Assembly (NCBI GenBank): GCA_026987025.1 | Contig: JALSNJ010000040.1 | Coordinates: 16,451 to 80,450 of the forward strand | Origin: Candidatus Aminicenantes bacterium | GTDB lineage: Bacteria > Acidobacteriota > Aminicenantia > S016-38 | Direction: 5' to 3' | DNA: 64,000 nt | Shown here: piece after piece, positions 36,851 through 50,970 of the stretch | How positions within the stretch are numbered: the stretch's first letter is position 1 | Layout: every line of letters begins with the position of its first letter | Program-made: the position numbers and the translations under genes | Notes under the pieces: model-generated | Told to the model about the DNA's origin: nothing | Database searches by the model: none | Seen by the model: the letters and a program-made list of their open reading frames with translations, nothing else

Positions 36851-39601
36851 ATGCTTGACCCCAAGGAACTTAAAAGGACCCTGAACCTGCCCAGGACGGA
36901 TTTTCCCATGAAAGCTTCCCTTCCTCAAAGGGAGCCTCAAATTCTTAAGAAGTGGAAGGAAATGAACCTTTATAAACGAATAAGGGAGCAGAGGAAAGGA
37001 AGGCCCAGGTTCATCCTGCACGATGGCCCCCCCTATGCCAACGGTCGCATACACCTGGGGCACGCCCTTAACAAGATTCTTAAGGATTTCGTGGTCAAAT
37101 CCTATTCCATGATGGGCTACGATGCTCCCTATCTTCCTGGATGGGATTGTCACGGGCTTCCCATTGAGATAAAGGTGGAGAACCAGATAGGGAGGCTGGA
37201 GGATAAAATAAAATTCCGCAGGGAGTGCAAAAAGTACGCTGAAAGATTCGTCAAGCTTCAAAGGGATGAGTTTATCAGGCTCGGTGTTTTCGGGGAGTGG
37301 GAGAACCCTTACCTTACCATGGATCCCGGGTATGAAGCTGAGATCATAAGGCACATCAAGGGATTTTTCCAGAGGGGGGAGGTTTACAGGGCCAAGAAAC
37401 CCGTTTACTGGTGTCCCCACTGCAAGACAGCCTTAGCGGAGGCGGAGATAGAGTATCACGAGCACAAATCCCCCTCGGTTTATGTGAAATTTCCCCTTCT
37501 GGAGCCTGAGAAACTATCCCCTTCCCTGAGGGATAAAAAGGTCTTCGTGGTTATATGGACCACCACCCCCTGGACCCTTCCCGCCAATTTAGCCATAGCC
37601 CTTCACCCCGATTACGACTACGGGGTTTTCAGAAACGGGGAGGAATACTACATACTCGCCAGGCTCCTGGCGCCCATGCTGGAGGAGGAGCTGGGGGCCT
37701 CCTTTGAACTGGTGCATAAATTTGAAGGAAGGGAGCTGGAAGGTTTCAAGGCTAAACATCCTTTCCTGAACAGGGAAAGCCTCGTAGTTCTTGCCGATTA
37801 TGTAACCCTGGAACAGGGAACCGGATGCGTTCACACGGCCCCGGGCCACGGAGAGGAGGACTATCAGACCGGCCTGAAGTACGGGCTTGAAATTCTTTCC
37901 CCTGTGGACGATGAAGGGAGGTTCACCGGGGAAGTGGAGTTTCTTCAGGGGAAAACCGTGTGGGAGGCAAATCCCCTGGTGCTTGAAGTCCTTCGGGAAA
38001 AGGGCATGCTCCTTGCCCAGGGCGAGATAACCCACTCCTATCCACATTGCTGGAGGTGTAAGGGTCCTGTAATCTTCAGAGCAACCCCCCAGTGGTTTAT
38101 CTCCATGGATAAAGCAGGTCTCAGGGACAAAGCCCTGAGGGAGATAAAGAAGGTCCGTTGGATCCCTTCCTGGGGAGAAGAAAGAATATACAACATGATA
38201 GAAAACAGGCCCGACTGGTGCATTTCCCGGCAGAGGAGCTGGGGTGTTCCCATCCCTGTTTTTTATTGTAAAAACTGCGGAGAGCCTCTGGTAAAACCGG
38301 AAGTGATGGATAGGGTGGCGGAGGTTTTTGAAAGGGAGGGCTCCGATTCCTGGTTTCTTCATCCACCGGAATATTTCATCCCCGAGGGCATTAAATGCGA
38401 AAAATGTGGAAGCTCCCAATTCGTGAAGGAAAACGACATAGTGGATGTCTGGTTTGAGTCGGGGACATCCCACGCAGTCCTTAAGCACAGGGAGGACCAC
38501 CGCTGGCCTGCGGATGTTTACCTGGAGGGAAACGACCAATATAGGGGCTGGTTCCACAGCTCCTTGCTGGTGGGGCTGGCCAACGAGGGGGAAAGTCCCT
38601 ACAGGGTGGTTATAACCCACGGATGGGTTTTAGACGAGCAGGGAAGGGCCATGTCCAAGTCCATGGGCAATGTTATTGAGCCCGGCGAGATAATAAAGGA
38701 CTACGGTGCAGAGATACTCCGCCTCTGGGTGGCCTTCCTGGATTACACGGAAGATGTGAAGCTGGGGCAAAACATACTTCAACGACTCACAGAAGCCTAC
38801 AGAAAGATGAGGAACACCTGGAGGTTTATGCTGGGAAACCTGCGGGACTTTATACCGCAGGAGCACACTGTTAAAGAGGAGGAACTTCTTCCCTCGGACA
38901 GGTTCATTCTCACCCGGTTCAGGACTCTGGCCGGGAGGGTGAAGGAGCTTTACAGGAACTACCAGTATTATAAGATAGCCCACCTTTTTTACGACTTCTT
39001 TACGGTGGACCTCAGTTCCTTCTACCTTGACATCGTAAAGGACAGGCTTTATTGTTCCGCTCCAGGGGCCCTGGAGAGAAGGGCGGCCCAGACCGCCATA
39101 TTTGAGATGGCCCGGGATAGCATGAGGCTGCTGGCGCCCATTTTATCCTTCACCGCAGAGGAAGCCTGGGAGCACCTGCCGGAATTTCCCGGAAAGAGTC
39201 CTTCGGTTCACCTGGAAGTTTTCCCTCCACAACTTCCTTCCCTTCTTACTGAAGAGGAAGAAAAGGAATGGGATGTTCTCATGAAGTACAGGGACCTGGC
39301 CAACAAGGCTCTGGACCAGGCGAGAAAGGAGGGATTTATAGGGAATTCCCTGGAGGCTTCCCTCTTGTTTTACGCCCCGGCTGAGGAAAAGAGGGTCCTG
39401 GAAAAATACTCACCCTACTTCCTTGAACTCTTCATAGTTTCCGCCTGGAGGATAGAGGAAGGGGAGGAGAGGGTGGAGGTGGAAAGGGCACCTGGAAAGA
39501 AGTGCGAACGCTGCTGGGTTTATCATCCCGAGGTGGGAAAGGACCCGCAGCATCCCAACCTTTGCCCGAGATGCATAGCGGTGGTAAAGGAGCTGATTTG
39601 A
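36851..39601 (+). CDS. ileS: Isoleucine--tRNA ligase (type 1)
   Basis: [42 protein letters not shown]-terminal CERC/CPRC zinc finger. Confidence 0.98.
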   Translation: MLDPKELKRTLNLPRTDFPMKASLPQREPQILKKWKEMNLYKRIREQRKGRPRFILHDGPPYANGRIHLGHALNKILKDFVVKSYSMMGYDAPYLPGWDCHGLPIEIKVENQIGRLEDKIKFRRECKKYAERFVKLQRDEFIRLGVFGEWENPYLTMDPGYEAEIIRHIKGFFQRGEVYRAKKPVYWCPHCKTALAEAEIEYHEHKSPSVYVKFPLLEPEKLSPSLRDKKVFVVIWTTTPWTLPANLAIALHPDYDYGVFRNGEEYYILARLLAPMLEEELGASFELVHKFEGRELEGFKAKHPFLNRESLVVLADYVTLEQGTGCVHTAPGHGEEDYQTGLKYGLEILSPVDDEGRFTGEVEFLQGKTVWEANPLVLEVLREKGMLLAQGEITHSYPHCWRCKGPVIFRATPQWFISMDKAGLRDKALREIKKVRWIPSWGEERIYNMIENRPDWCISRQRSWGVPIPVFYCKNCGEPLVKPEVMDRVAEVFEREGSDSWFLHPPEYFIPEGIKCEKCGSSQFVKENDIVDVWFESGTSHAVLKHREDHRWPADVYLEGNDQYRGWFHSSLLVGLANEGESPYRVVITHGWVLDEQGRAMSKSMGNVIEPGEIIKDYGAEILRLWVAFLDYTEDVKLGQNILQRLTEAYRKMRNTWRFMLGNLRDFIPQEHTVKEEELLPSDRFILTRFRTLAGRVKELYRNYQYYKIAHLFYDFFTVDLSSFYLDIVKDRLYCSAPGALERRAAQTAIFEMARDSMRLLAPILSFTAEEAWEHLPEFPGKSPSVHLEVFPPQLPSLLTEEEEKEWDVLMKYRDLANKALDQARKEGFIGNSLEASLLFYAPAEEKRVLEKYSPYFLELFIVSAWRIEEGEERVEVERAPGKKCERCWVYHPEVGKDPQHPNLCPRCIAVVKELI

Positions 39602-40080
39602 AGTTAAGTAAGGCTCTGGCCCTTATAGCCCTTCTTGTGGGGGGGGACCAGTACACAAAATGGCTGGTTTCTCAGAACATTCCTCCCTGGAAGGTAATAA
39701 GGCTTACTTCCTTCCTCAGTCTGGTTAATGTAAGAAACCGGGGCATGGTTTTCGGCTTTCTTTCCGATGCCCGCAACCCTCTGATATTCTGGGTTATAAC
39801 CCTTATATCCCTGGGGGCTGCCCTTTTCGTGCTTTACCTTTTTTTCAAGGAGAGGGAAAGGCTGCCCCGGATGGCCCTTTCCCTGATAATCGCCGGAGCC
39901 GGGGGCAACCTTATGAACCGATTTCTTCAGGGAAGCGTGCTGGATTTCATAGATCTACATTGGGAAAAATATCACTGGCCGGTTTTCAACTTCGCCGATG
40001 CCTGCATCACCGTGGGCTCCCTGACCCTGGTAATATACCTTCTTTTTAAGGGAGGTGAAGATGTATCCCATATTGATTAA
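39598..40080 (+). CDS. lspA: Lipoprotein signal peptidase II
   Basis: [32 protein letters not shown]; TTG start overlapping the ileS stop. Confidence 0.95.
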   Translation: MKLSKALALIALLVGGDQYTKWLVSQNIPPWKVIRLTSFLSLVNVRNRGMVFGFLSDARNPLIFWVITLISLGAALFVLYLFFKERERLPRMALSLIIAGAGGNLMNRFLQGSVLDFIDLHWEKYHWPVFNFADACITVGSLTLVIYLLFKGGEDVSHID

Positions 40081-40855
40081 AATAGGGCCTCTTACGGTTT
40101 ACGGATACGGCTTCTGGATAGCCGTGGGGCTTTTAGCTGGGTTCTGGCTCATGGGAAGGGAGGCAAAGAGGCAGGGGCTTCCGCACAATACTGTGGTAAA
40201 CATTGCCTTCTGGACCGTTGTATTCTCCTTCTTAGTTTCAAAATTAGGGCTTTTGTTTGAGGACCCGGGTTATTACTCTTCGCATTTAAAAGAACTCCTT
40301 CGCTCCGGAGGGGTTTTTTACGCAGGCCTCATAGGTGGACTTATTTTCGTAATCCTGGCCCTTAAAATAAAGAAACTTCCCTTCTGGAAGGTCATGGATG
40401 TGTACGCCTTGGTGATTCCGTTGGGGCACGGATTCGGCAGGCAGGGATGCTTTTCCGCCGGATGTTGCTACGGAAGGCCTACGGATGTCCCCTGGGGTGT
40501 GGTTTTCCACAGCCAGTTTGCCCACGAACATGTGGGAACCCCTATTGGTGTAAAAATACACCCTGTGCAGCTTTACGAGTCCTTTTTGAATTTCATCCTT
40601 TTCGGGATCCTTTATTTCGTGGTGAGGAAAAGGAAAAAATTTGATGGGGAGATTTCCGCCCTTTACCTTATAGGATATGGGCTTATAAGGTTTCACGACG
40701 AATATTACAGGGGGGACCCGGGAAGAGGTTGGATAATACACGGGGGGTCCGTATGGACTTCCCTTTCTGTGCCTCAGTTTATAAGCCTTCTTTTAATACT
40801 GGCCGGCATAATAATAATCCTGGTCCGAAGGAGGAATGGGGAAAATAAAGGCTGA
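40061..40855 (+). CDS. lgt: Prolipoprotein diacylglyceryl transferase
   Basis: [51 protein letters not shown]; SD GGAGGTGA. Confidence 0.95.
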   Translation: MYPILIKIGPLTVYGYGFWIAVGLLAGFWLMGREAKRQGLPHNTVVNIAFWTVVFSFLVSKLGLLFEDPGYYSSHLKELLRSGGVFYAGLIGGLIFVILALKIKKLPFWKVMDVYALVIPLGHGFGRQGCFSAGCCYGRPTDVPWGVVFHSQFAHEHVGTPIGVKIHPVQLYESFLNFILFGILYFVVRKRKKFDGEISALYLIGYGLIRFHDEYYRGDPGRGWIIHGGSVWTSLSVPQFISLLLILAGIIIILVRRRNGENKG

Positions 40856-41750
40856 GTTTGAGGTGGAGCAAGAAGGGAGGCTGGATCAATACTTAGCTTC
40901 CCGCCTGGAAGTTTCCAGATCTAAAGTTCAAAAACTCATAAAATCAGGCAAGGTTTTGGTTAATGGCCGAAGGTGCAAACCTTCCCATTGGTTAAGGGTT
41001 GGGGAGAGGGTTTCGGTGGAGGTGGAGGAAGAGGAGGAAGGGCCGAGGCCCGCCGATGTTCATTTCACCCTGATCTACGAGGATTCTCATGTTATGGTGG
41101 TGGACAAACCCTCTGGGCTAACCGTGCATCCGGCTCCAGGGGTTAAAGAACCCACCTTAGTAAACGGACTCCTGAAGTTAAGGCCTGAGTTGCAGGGGGT
41201 GGGAAGCCCTCAGCGTCCTGGAATAGTCCACCGTCTTGATAAAGACACCTCCGGGGTTATGGTTGTAGCCAAAACCCAGGAGGCTTTCCTTTCCCTCCAG
41301 AGGCAATTCCAGGAAAGGGCCGTTAGGAAAAGCTACCTGGCAGTGGTTGAGGGAGAACCCCCTTCCAGGGGGGAGATACCCTTTTCCATAGGGAGGGACC
41401 CCCATCATCCAGGGAGGTTTTCTGTGGGTGCTTACTCTGTGAGGGAGGCCTACACCGAGTTTTTAAAGCTGGCACAAAGGGGAGAATATGCGGTCCTCCT
41501 GGTGTGCCCTAAAACCGGAAGAACCCATCAAATAAGAGTTCACCTTTCCTTTGCAGGTTATCCTATAGTGGGGGACCCCATATATGGCCAGGCCCCGGGC
41601 CCCATGGGAAGGCTTGCCCTTCACGCCTATTGCCTTTCCTTCCTTCATCCGGAGGAGGGGAGGAGGGTGAAATTTTGCTCTAAAATCCCTGAGGAGTTTT
41701 TCCCTTTTCTGAAGGATGTAAAGCTGCCGGAGTTTTGCGCAGATTTTTGA
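40836..41750 (+). CDS. rluD: RluA/RluD family 23S rRNA pseudouridine synthase
   Basis: S4 domain, DKPSGLTVHP, GIVHRLDKDTSG, TGRTHQIRVH, VGDPIY. Confidence 0.9.
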   Translation: MGKIKAEFEVEQEGRLDQYLASRLEVSRSKVQKLIKSGKVLVNGRRCKPSHWLRVGERVSVEVEEEEEGPRPADVHFTLIYEDSHVMVVDKPSGLTVHPAPGVKEPTLVNGLLKLRPELQGVGSPQRPGIVHRLDKDTSGVMVVAKTQEAFLSLQRQFQERAVRKSYLAVVEGEPPSRGEIPFSIGRDPHHPGRFSVGAYSVREAYTEFLKLAQRGEYAVLLVCPKTGRTHQIRVHLSFAGYPIVGDPIYGQAPGPMGRLALHAYCLSFLHPEEGRRVKFCSKIPEEFFPFLKDVKLPEFCADF

Positions 41751-43916
41751 TTATTTATCAAAAAGGGAGGGAAAGAGGGATTCCCAGCTCCTTCGGAGCT
41801 GCTTCAAGGGCAGGTCTAATTTTTTCCTTCCGTTTATGTAGGCCACTAAATCCTGGCCCTTTACTGTCCCCAGTTTTAACACCGGAACATCGGCTTCCAA
41901 TTCTCCTGGGGCGAAGACCAGGGCCCTGGAAGGACTTTCTCCAAAAAGGAAGTAAGCTTCCTCTTCCCGGGTGGAGAAGGAGAGTTCCGCTCCTATGTCT
42001 ATGTGGAAAAGAGCTTCGGCCAGGTTAGGAAGGAGGCCTCCCGGGGAAAGGTCCACCGCGTAGGCTACCTTCCCCTCCCTGACGAGCCTTATGAGCTGCT
42101 GCTGGAGGAGCTTTTCCTTCTCTAAGTCAATTTCCGGAACCCTTCCCCCTGTTTGACCGAGGACGGCTTTGAGGTAAACCGAGGAACCCAAGTCCTTTCC
42201 CGTCCATCCAAGAAGGAATATTCCCATGCCCTCCTCCACCCTCTCGGGCCTCGGTATGGTCCTGTAGTCCTCCACAAGTCCTACAGCCCCTATAACCACT
42301 GTTGGAGGGATGGCCTTTCCCTGGGTCTCGTTGTAGAAGCTTACATTTCCACCGGTGACAGGAACCTCAAAAAACTCTAAGGCTTCCTTCATGCCCTCTA
42401 TGGTTTCCACGAATTGTCCCATGACCTTCGGCTTTTCCGGGTTTCCGAAGTTCAGGCAATTGGTTATTCCTAAGGGTTCTGCCCCCACGCAGGCCAGGTT
42501 CCTGAAGGCTTCCGCTACAGTTAAAACTGCTGCGGCCTTGGGATTTGCCCTTCCCCAGGCAGGGTTGGCATCTATGGTGAGGGCTATGGCCTCCTTCTGT
42601 CCCTTTATTTTAAGAACCGAAGGACCTATTCCTGGAAGAAGAACGGTGTTGGTCTGGACCATGTGGTCGTATTGCTGGTAAATCCACCGTCGGGAGGCCA
42701 TGTGGGGGGAGGAGATTATCTTCAAAAGGGCCTTCTGCCAGTTTCTTTCCTCAGCCCAGGCCGGGTCCTCCCTCTCGTCTATCTCCGGCTTTTCGTAGGG
42801 CCTTTGGTATTGAGGAGCATCTCCGGCCAGGGATTCCACGGGAACATCCGCCACCGGTTCGCCCTTCCAGAAGGCTTTGAACCTGCGGTCTTCTGTGGTT
42901 TTTCCCACCACCACAGCCTCTATTCCCCATTTTTCAAAAATCCTTTTTATCTCCTCCTCCTTTCCCTTCTTGGCCACCATAAGCATCCGTTCCTGGGACT
43001 CCGAAAGCAGGATTTCGTAAGGGTTCATCCCCTCTTCCCTGAGAGGAACCCGGTCCAGATATAGCTCCACCCCCACACCGCCTTTGGAGGCCATCTCCGA
43101 GGAGGAAGAGGTGAGTCCCGCAGCCCCCATGTCCTGAATGCCCTCTATGAGGTTCTTCTCCATTACCTCCAGGGTTGCCTCCATGAGAAGCTTTTCCCTG
43201 AAAGGGTCTCCAACCTGAACATTTACCTTTTTGTGCTCGGTCTCCTGCCCGAACTCCGCCGATGCCATGGTGGCTCCGTGAATTCCATCCCTTCCCGTGG
43301 GGGCACCGGCGTAGACAAGGGAGAGGCCAGGTTTTCCCGCCCTGGCGTAAAATATGCCGTCCTTTTCGGCAATTCCCACGCACATTACATTCACTAAGGG
43401 ATTGTGGGAAAACTCCTCCTCAAAATCCACTTCTCCACCCACCGTAGGAACTCCCACGGGGTTTCCATAGCCCGCTATTCCGCTTACCACTCCCTCCATT
43501 ATTGCCCGATTGGAGGGCCTCTCCAGCGGTCCAAAGTGTAGGGAGTCCAGAAGGGCCACGGGCCTCGCCCCCATGGTAAATATATCCCTCAAAATTCCCC
43601 CCACACCGGTGGCTGCTCCCTGATAGGGTTCCACGAAGGAAGGGTGATTGTGGGATTCTACCTTGAAGACCACGGCCTTTCCGGCGGCTTCCACGACCCC
43701 GGCGTTTTCTCCGGGTCCCTGAATCAGATATTTCCCCTTTGTGGGGAGTTTTTTAAGATGGACCTTAGAGCTTTTGTAGGAGCAGTGCTCTGACCACATT
43801 ACCGAATACAGGCCCAGCTCCACTAAATTGGGCTCCCTTCCGAGTATTTTCTTTATCCTCTGGTATTCTTCTACGGTTAAATTGTGCTCTTCAAGGAGTC
43901 TTTTTAGCGATCTCAT
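41751..43916 (-). CDS. purL: FGAM synthase subunit PurL (small type)
   Basis: [48 protein letters not shown]. Confidence 0.98.
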   Translation of the reverse strand: MRSLKRLLEEHNLTVEEYQRIKKILGREPNLVELGLYSVMWSEHCSYKSSKVHLKKLPTKGKYLIQGPGENAGVVEAAGKAVVFKVESHNHPSFVEPYQGAATGVGGILRDIFTMGARPVALLDSLHFGPLERPSNRAIMEGVVSGIAGYGNPVGVPTVGGEVDFEEEFSHNPLVNVMCVGIAEKDGIFYARAGKPGLSLVYAGAPTGRDGIHGATMASAEFGQETEHKKVNVQVGDPFREKLLMEATLEVMEKNLIEGIQDMGAAGLTSSSSEMASKGGVGVELYLDRVPLREEGMNPYEILLSESQERMLMVAKKGKEEEIKRIFEKWGIEAVVVGKTTEDRRFKAFWKGEPVADVPVESLAGDAPQYQRPYEKPEIDEREDPAWAEERNWQKALLKIISSPHMASRRWIYQQYDHMVQTNTVLLPGIGPSVLKIKGQKEAIALTIDANPAWGRANPKAAAVLTVAEAFRNLACVGAEPLGITNCLNFGNPEKPKVMGQFVETIEGMKEALEFFEVPVTGGNVSFYNETQGKAIPPTVVIGAVGLVEDYRTIPRPERVEEGMGIFLLGWTGKDLGSSVYLKAVLGQTGGRVPEIDLEKEKLLQQQLIRLVREGKVAYAVDLSPGGLLPNLAEALFHIDIGAELSFSTREEEAYFLFGESPSRALVFAPGELEADVPVLKLGTVKGQDLVAYINGRKKLDLPLKQLRRSWESLFPSLFDK

Positions 43917-44596
43917 GATTCCCTCACATACTTGGCCGCAGATAGGAAGGTCCGAAGACCGTCGGTGGAGCCCAGTTCCGCTTCAGAGGCTCTTTCAGGG
44001 TGGGGCATCATTCCCAGGATATTTCCCCCTCGGTTTATTATCCCTGCTATATCGTTAAGTGAACCGTTGGGGTTTTCCCTGTAGCGGAAAACTACCCTTT
44101 TTTCCCTTTCCAGAAGCGCCAGTTTGTGGGGTTCAATGAAGTAATTGCCGTCTATGTGGGCTATGGGCATCTTTACCCTTTCCCCTTTTTCGTAGAGCAG
44201 GGTGAAGGGGGTTTCGGCGTTTTCCACCTCCAGCTCTTCAAACCGGCATATAAATCTCAGGCCTTTGTTTCTCAGCATGGCTCCGGGAAGAAGCCCTGCC
44301 TCCAATAGAATCTGGAAGCCGTTGCATATTCCCAGAACCAGCCCTCCCCCCTCGGCGAACTCCCTGATGGCCTCCATTATGGGGGAGAAGCGGGCAATGG
44401 CCCCGCTTCTTAGGTAATCTCCGTAGGAAAAACCTCCGGGAAGAACCACCACCTGGGAGCCACGAAGGTCCCGTTCCCGGTGCCAGAGGTAAACAGCCTC
44501 CTCCTCCGCCACCTCCTTTATTACATGGTAGGTGTCCCGGTCGCAGTTGGTCCCGGGGAATACCACCACCCCGAACCTTATTTTTCTGTTTCCCAT
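43913..44596 (-). CDS. purQ: FGAM synthase glutaminase subunit PurQ
   Basis: [31 protein letters not shown]. Confidence 0.98.
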   Translation of the reverse strand: MGNRKIRFGVVVFPGTNCDRDTYHVIKEVAEEEAVYLWHRERDLRGSQVVVLPGGFSYGDYLRSGAIARFSPIMEAIREFAEGGGLVLGICNGFQILLEAGLLPGAMLRNKGLRFICRFEELEVENAETPFTLLYEKGERVKMPIAHIDGNYFIEPHKLALLEREKRVVFRYRENPNGSLNDIAGIINRGGNILGMMPHPERASEAELGSTDGLRTFLSAAKYVRES

Positions 44597-44811
44597 CGGA
44601 AGTCCTCTATGACCGGGTTGGCAAGCACCTTTCTGGCTATCTCCTCTATTACCTTCCCGGCGTCCTTTTCGTCCAGTTCAATGTAAAAGACCTTTCCCTG
44701 GCGAACTTCCCTTATGGTGTCGTATCCCAGGGTATGCAGGGCCCTCTTTATGGTCTCCCCCTGGGGGTCCAGGACCTCTGGCTTAAGGAAAACTTCAATT
44801 TTTGCCTTCAT
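44578..44811 (-). CDS. purS: FGAM synthase subunit PurS
   Basis: [24 protein letters not shown]. Confidence 0.97.
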   Translation of the reverse strand: MKAKIEVFLKPEVLDPQGETIKRALHTLGYDTIREVRQGKVFYIELDEKDAGKVIEEIARKVLANPVIEDFRWETEK

Positions 44812-45838
44812 TTTCTCTCCTTAAATAAACAGTTTGTATTGGGAAGGGGATGTCAATTCCCTCCTTCCGGAAGTTCTCAAGTATTCTATCCCTGATCCTG
44901 TTGGCGGTGGAAAATACCTTCTTGGGGTCATCCACATGGAAGACCAGGAGGAAGTTCAGGGAGAAATCGGCAAATTCAGTAAAAAACGCAACGGGCTCCG
45001 GTTCCCTCAGAACCTCATCCACCTCCAGGGCGGACCTTATAAGCACTTCCCTTACCTTCTTCGGGTTCTCTTTGTAGGAGACCCCTACCGAAACCCTCCC
45101 TACGGTTCTGCTTTCGGGCAGGTAAAAATTAAGAACCTTGCTTTTTACCAGGAGGGAGTTCGGAATTACAAGGACATAATTCTCCACGGTTTTTATCTTT
45201 GTGGTCCTCAGACCTATTTCCAGAACATCCCCGAACTCTCCGCTTTCCAGCTTGATCCTGTCACCCACCTTGAAGGGCTGGTCCAGGAGTATGGTTAGCC
45301 CGGCTATTATGTTGGAGAGGGTATCCTGGGCTGCAAGTCCAATGGCCAGGGAGCCCACCCCCATGGATACCACTAAGGAGGATATGTCGTAATTGAACCT
45401 CTTCATCACTATCATTAGCCCTGCGGTCCATACGAAGAGTTTTTCACCGATCTCTAAGATGGGGGCGAAGCGCCGGACGAATTCCTTGTTGGCAGCGCTC
45501 TCGTGAAGCCATTGAACTATGGCCTTGAACAGATTGTTTATGGCGATAACCACCAGCAGAACTATGAGCACGAAGAGGGTATCCTGAATTACCCTGGAGA
45601 AGGATGGTTTCAATGTGGCGAAGTGCAGGGCTATGTGAGCAGCTATAACCACCGCCGCCAACTGGAGGGGAGTGGATAGGGCTTTGAAGGCGTAATCGTC
45701 CAGCCTGGTTTTTGTTTTAGCGGAAATCCCCCTGGCCAGCCTCAGGGCCACCTTCACCAAGAATATGCCCAGGAGGGAGAGGGCTACGAAAAGAATTATA
45801 AAAAGAAGCCATCCTTCCGTTATCATGGGAAACCTCAC
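44795..45838 (-). CDS. Small-conductance mechanosensitive channel (MscS family)
   Basis: TMs, GLAAQDTLSNIIAG, QPFKVGDRI, IGLRTT, IPNS, GIDIPFP; start may instead be ATG 45826. Confidence 0.93.
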   Translation of the reverse strand: MRFPMITEGWLLFIILFVALSLLGIFLVKVALRLARGISAKTKTRLDDYAFKALSTPLQLAAVVIAAHIALHFATLKPSFSRVIQDTLFVLIVLLVVIAINNLFKAIVQWLHESAANKEFVRRFAPILEIGEKLFVWTAGLMIVMKRFNYDISSLVVSMGVGSLAIGLAAQDTLSNIIAGLTILLDQPFKVGDRIKLESGEFGDVLEIGLRTTKIKTVENYVLVIPNSLLVKSKVLNFYLPESRTVGRVSVGVSYKENPKKVREVLIRSALEVDEVLREPEPVAFFTEFADFSLNFLLVFHVDDPKKVFSTANRIRDRILENFRKEGIDIPFPIQTVYLRRENEGKN

Positions 45839-45846
45839 GGGGAAAG

Positions 45847-45933
45847 TGGTGCCGAGGGCGGGACTCGAACCCGCACGGGCTTAGACCCACCAACACCTCA
45901 AGCTGGCGCGTCTGCCAATTCCGCCACCTCGGC
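45847..45933 (-). tRNA. tRNA-Leu (GAG), long variable arm, CCA encoded
   Basis: Reverse complement GCCGAGGTGGCGGAATTGGCAGACGCGCCAGCTTGAGGTGTTGGTGGGTCTAAGCCCGTGCGGGTTCGAGTCCCGCCCTCGGCACCA; follows secG as in secG-leuU. Confidence 0.97.
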
Positions 45934-45939
45934 ACCCGT

Positions 45940-46227
45940 CTATTTTTTCGTTTCGGTCTGCTGAACCACGGATTTCTCCACCACCGAGGCCTTCCCGGCC
46001 TTTGAGGAGAGGATGTAGAGGCTAAGGGAGGTCAAAACGAAAAGGGTGGCCAGGACCGCGGTGGCCTTGGCCAGAACTGTGGTGGCTCCCCTGGGCCCGA
46101 AAACAGAGGAGCTGCTGGCACCTCCGAAGACCGCAGCTATATCCGCCTTCTGCCCGCTCTGCATTAAAATCACGATGATGAGCAGAACAGAGATAATTAC
46201 ATGAAAAACTAAGATTACGCTATACAT
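45940..46227 (-). CDS. secG: Preprotein translocase subunit SecG
   Basis: Two TMs, ILMQSGQ, FGG...FG...LAKAT; downstream of tpiA. Confidence 0.95.
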   Translation of the reverse strand: MYSVILVFHVIISVLLIIVILMQSGQKADIAAVFGGASSSSVFGPRGATTVLAKATAVLATLFVLTSLSLYILSSKAGKASVVEKSVVQQTETKK

Positions 46228-46954
46228 TATCCTTTCTCCTCAAAGGCCTTAACTCCGGCCATGATTATATCATAAAAGGAGTCCGGTTTCAAGGAAGCTC
46301 CTCCCACCAGGACCCCGTCTATGTGGGGTTGTTTCATTAGTGAAAATGCGTTTTCGGGTTTTACCGAACCGCCATAGAGAACCTTTATGTTTCCCAGATA
46401 TTCCTTGATGAAGGCGTGAACTTCTTCTGCCTGGTCCGGGGTTGCGTTTTTCCCAGTGCCTATGGCCCAGATGGGCTCGTAGGCTATAATGAGCCGGTGA
46501 GGGTCAATTCCGGACAGGTCCGCATCCAGCTGGAATTTTATCTTTTCCATGGTTCTCCCTTCTTCCCTTTCGCCAAGGTGTTCGCCCACGCAGAGGACGG
46601 GTTTCAATCCCCACTTCAGGGCGGCCTTGAGCTTGAGGTTTATGAGCTCGTCGGTCTCTCCGAAGATATTCCTCCTTTCAGAATGGCCCACCAGCACGAA
46701 GTCCGCCCCGGCCTCCACCAGCATCTCTGCAGAGACTTCGCCGGTGAAGGCCCCTTTTTCTCTCCAGTAAAGGTTCTGGCCGCCCAGGGCTATTGCCTTC
46801 CTTTCTGCCAGCTCCTTCACCTGGGGGAGGGTGGGAAAGGGTGGGAATATCACCACCTGCGCTTTTTCCCGGGGGAATTCCTTTATTTCTTCAAAGAAGG
46901 CCTTTCCCCGTATGGGGCCGTTGTTCATTTTCCAGTTTCCGGCTATAAAAGGTC

Positions 46955-46958
<4 letters not shown>
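46227..46958 (-). CDS. tpiA: Triosephosphate isomerase
   Basis: AGNWKMN, GAFTGE, GHSERR, AYEPIWAIGTG, YGGSV, LVGGASL. Confidence 0.98.
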
Positions 46959-49207
<2,249 letters not shown>

Positions 49208-49228
49208 TAAGAAACAATGGAGGTTACC

Positions 49229-50005
49229 ATGATAGAGGAAAGGAAAATAACCGAAGCCATAATAAGGAGCTACACGGAGAAACTTCTCCAGCACCTGGAA
49301 AACGATGTCCTGATAGCCGGAAGCGGCCCCTCAGGGCTGGTGGCGGCCTATTATCTGGCGAAGCAGGGGTTAAAGGTGGCGATTCTTGAGAAGAAGCTCA
49401 GCATAGGCGGAGGGATATGGGGAGGCGGCATGATGTTCAATTCCATAGTGGTACAGAGGGAGGGGAAGGAGGTTATGGACGAGTTCGGGATGCCCTCCCG
49501 GGAGTTCGCTCCTGGGTACTTTGTGGCCGATGCGGTTCTTGTGGCCAGTCTTTTGGCGTCCAAGGCCCTTCTGGCCGGGGCTGTGATCTTCAACGGTATT
49601 CTCTTGGAGGATGTGATACTCAAGGAGGGCAGGGTAGGGGGGGCTGTTATCAACTGGTCAGCGGTGCAGGTGGCAGGACTTCATGTGGACCCCCTGGCCC
49701 TTCATTCCAGGTTTCTCATTGACGCCACCGGCCACGATGCCGAGGTGGTGAAGGTTCTCCAGGAGAAGAGCAGGGTAAAGCTGAAAACCCCCTCCGGCAA
49801 AATGGAAGGGGAGAGGTCCATGTGGGCCGACAAGGCAGAAGGCTTCGTGGCCTCCAACACTAAAGAGGTGTTTCCAGGACTTATAGTGGCAGGGATGGCC
49901 GCCAACGCCACCTTCGGAGGTCCAAGAATGGGGCCTATCTTCGGCGGCATGTTTCTCTCGGGAAAAAGGGCCGCCGAAATTATCCTTGAAGAAATCAGGG
50001 GGTGA
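49229..50005 (+). CDS. thi4: Sulfide-dependent adenosine diphosphate thiazole synthase (Thi4)
   Basis: [18 protein letters not shown]...[22 protein letters not shown]; ATG 49229 has SD GGAGG (ATG 49217 is the alternative). Confidence 0.95.
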   Translation: MIEERKITEAIIRSYTEKLLQHLENDVLIAGSGPSGLVAAYYLAKQGLKVAILEKKLSIGGGIWGGGMMFNSIVVQREGKEVMDEFGMPSREFAPGYFVADAVLVASLLASKALLAGAVIFNGILLEDVILKEGRVGGAVINWSAVQVAGLHVDPLALHSRFLIDATGHDAEVVKVLQEKSRVKLKTPSGKMEGERSMWADKAEGFVASNTKEVFPGLIVAGMAANATFGGPRMGPIFGGMFLSGKRAAEIILEEIRG

Positions 50006-50970
50006 AAATGGCTCAAAAGAATGTCCTCCCCTTTGAAGAACCTATTGTAAAGTTGAGGGAGGAGATAAGAGAACTTCAGAGAAGGAGGGATGAGGAGGCC
50101 AGGCTCAGGGAAAAGGAATTGATGGAGGAACTGGAGAGGGAATGGAAGAGAATTACCTCATCCCTCAACCGGTGGCAGAAAACCCTTCTTGCCCGCCATC
50201 CCCTCCGTCCTTATACCTTAGACTACATTTACCGCCTCTTTGACGATTTCGTGGAATTTCACGGCGACAGGCGATTTGCCGACGACCCGGCCATAGTGGC
50301 AGGTTTTGGCTTTTATCACGGAATTTCCGTGGCAGTGGTGGGCCATCAAAAGGGAAGAACCACCCAGGAAAGGTTAAAGAGGAACTTCGGCCAGGCCAAT
50401 CCTGAGGGTTATCGCAAAGCCATAAGGGTAATGAAGATGGCGGAGAAGTTCCGCAGGCCGGTCATAACCTTCATAGACACCCCTGGAGCCTATCCTGGAA
50501 TAGGCTCAGAGGAGAGGGGACAGGCGGAGGCCATAGCCTACAACCTCATGGAAATGGCGGGGCTTAAGGTTCCCATAGTGTCGGTGGTTATAGGGGAAGG
50601 GGGGAGTGGAGGTGCCCTGGGCATAGGGGTGGCGGATAGAATCCTGATGATGGAATTTTCCATTTACTCAGTGATTTCCCCGGAGGGATGCGCTGCTATT
50701 TTGTGGAGGAATCAGGGGGCAGTGGAGGAGGCGGCGGAGAACCTGAAGCTCACAGCCCAGGACCTTTATTCCTTCGGCATAGCCGACGAGATAATACCGG
50801 AACCCCCGGGAGCTGCCCATAGCTTCCCGGAGATGGCGGCCAAGACGGTGGACGAAGTCCTCTGGAGGAACCTGCAGCAGCTCATGGAAATGGACCCCCA
50901 GGAGAGGATAGAAAGGAGATACGAGAAGTATAGAAAAATAGGGGTTTTCCGTGAGGAGACTAACACCTGA
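50002..50970 (+). CDS. accA: Acetyl-CoA carboxylase carboxyltransferase alpha subunit
   Basis: [49 protein letters not shown]. Confidence 0.97.
   Translation: MKMAQKNVLPFEEPIVKLREEIRELQRRRDEEARLREKELMEELEREWKRITSSLNRWQKTLLARHPLRPYTLDYIYRLFDDFVEFHGDRRFADDPAIVAGFGFYHGISVAVVGHQKGRTTQERLKRNFGQANPEGYRKAIRVMKMAEKFRRPVITFIDTPGAYPGIGSEERGQAEAIAYNLMEMAGLKVPIVSVVIGEGGSGGALGIGVADRILMMEFSIYSVISPEGCAAILWRNQGAVEEAAENLKLTAQDLYSFGIADEIIPEPPGAAHSFPEMAAKTVDEVLWRNLQQLMEMDPQERIERRYEKYRKIGVFREETNT

Noticed and set aside
37589-38620. 343-aa minus-strand ORF
   Set aside because: Antisense shadow of ileS; the same applies to 46416-47231, 56756-57682 and most short overlapping ORFs in the track.
45839-45847. tRNA 3' ends as integration sites (also 865-872)
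   Set aside because: No integrase, att duplication or composition shift; housekeeping genes follow directly.
45717-45935. 72-aa ORF spanning tRNA-Leu
   Set aside because: Spurious translation of the tRNA gene.
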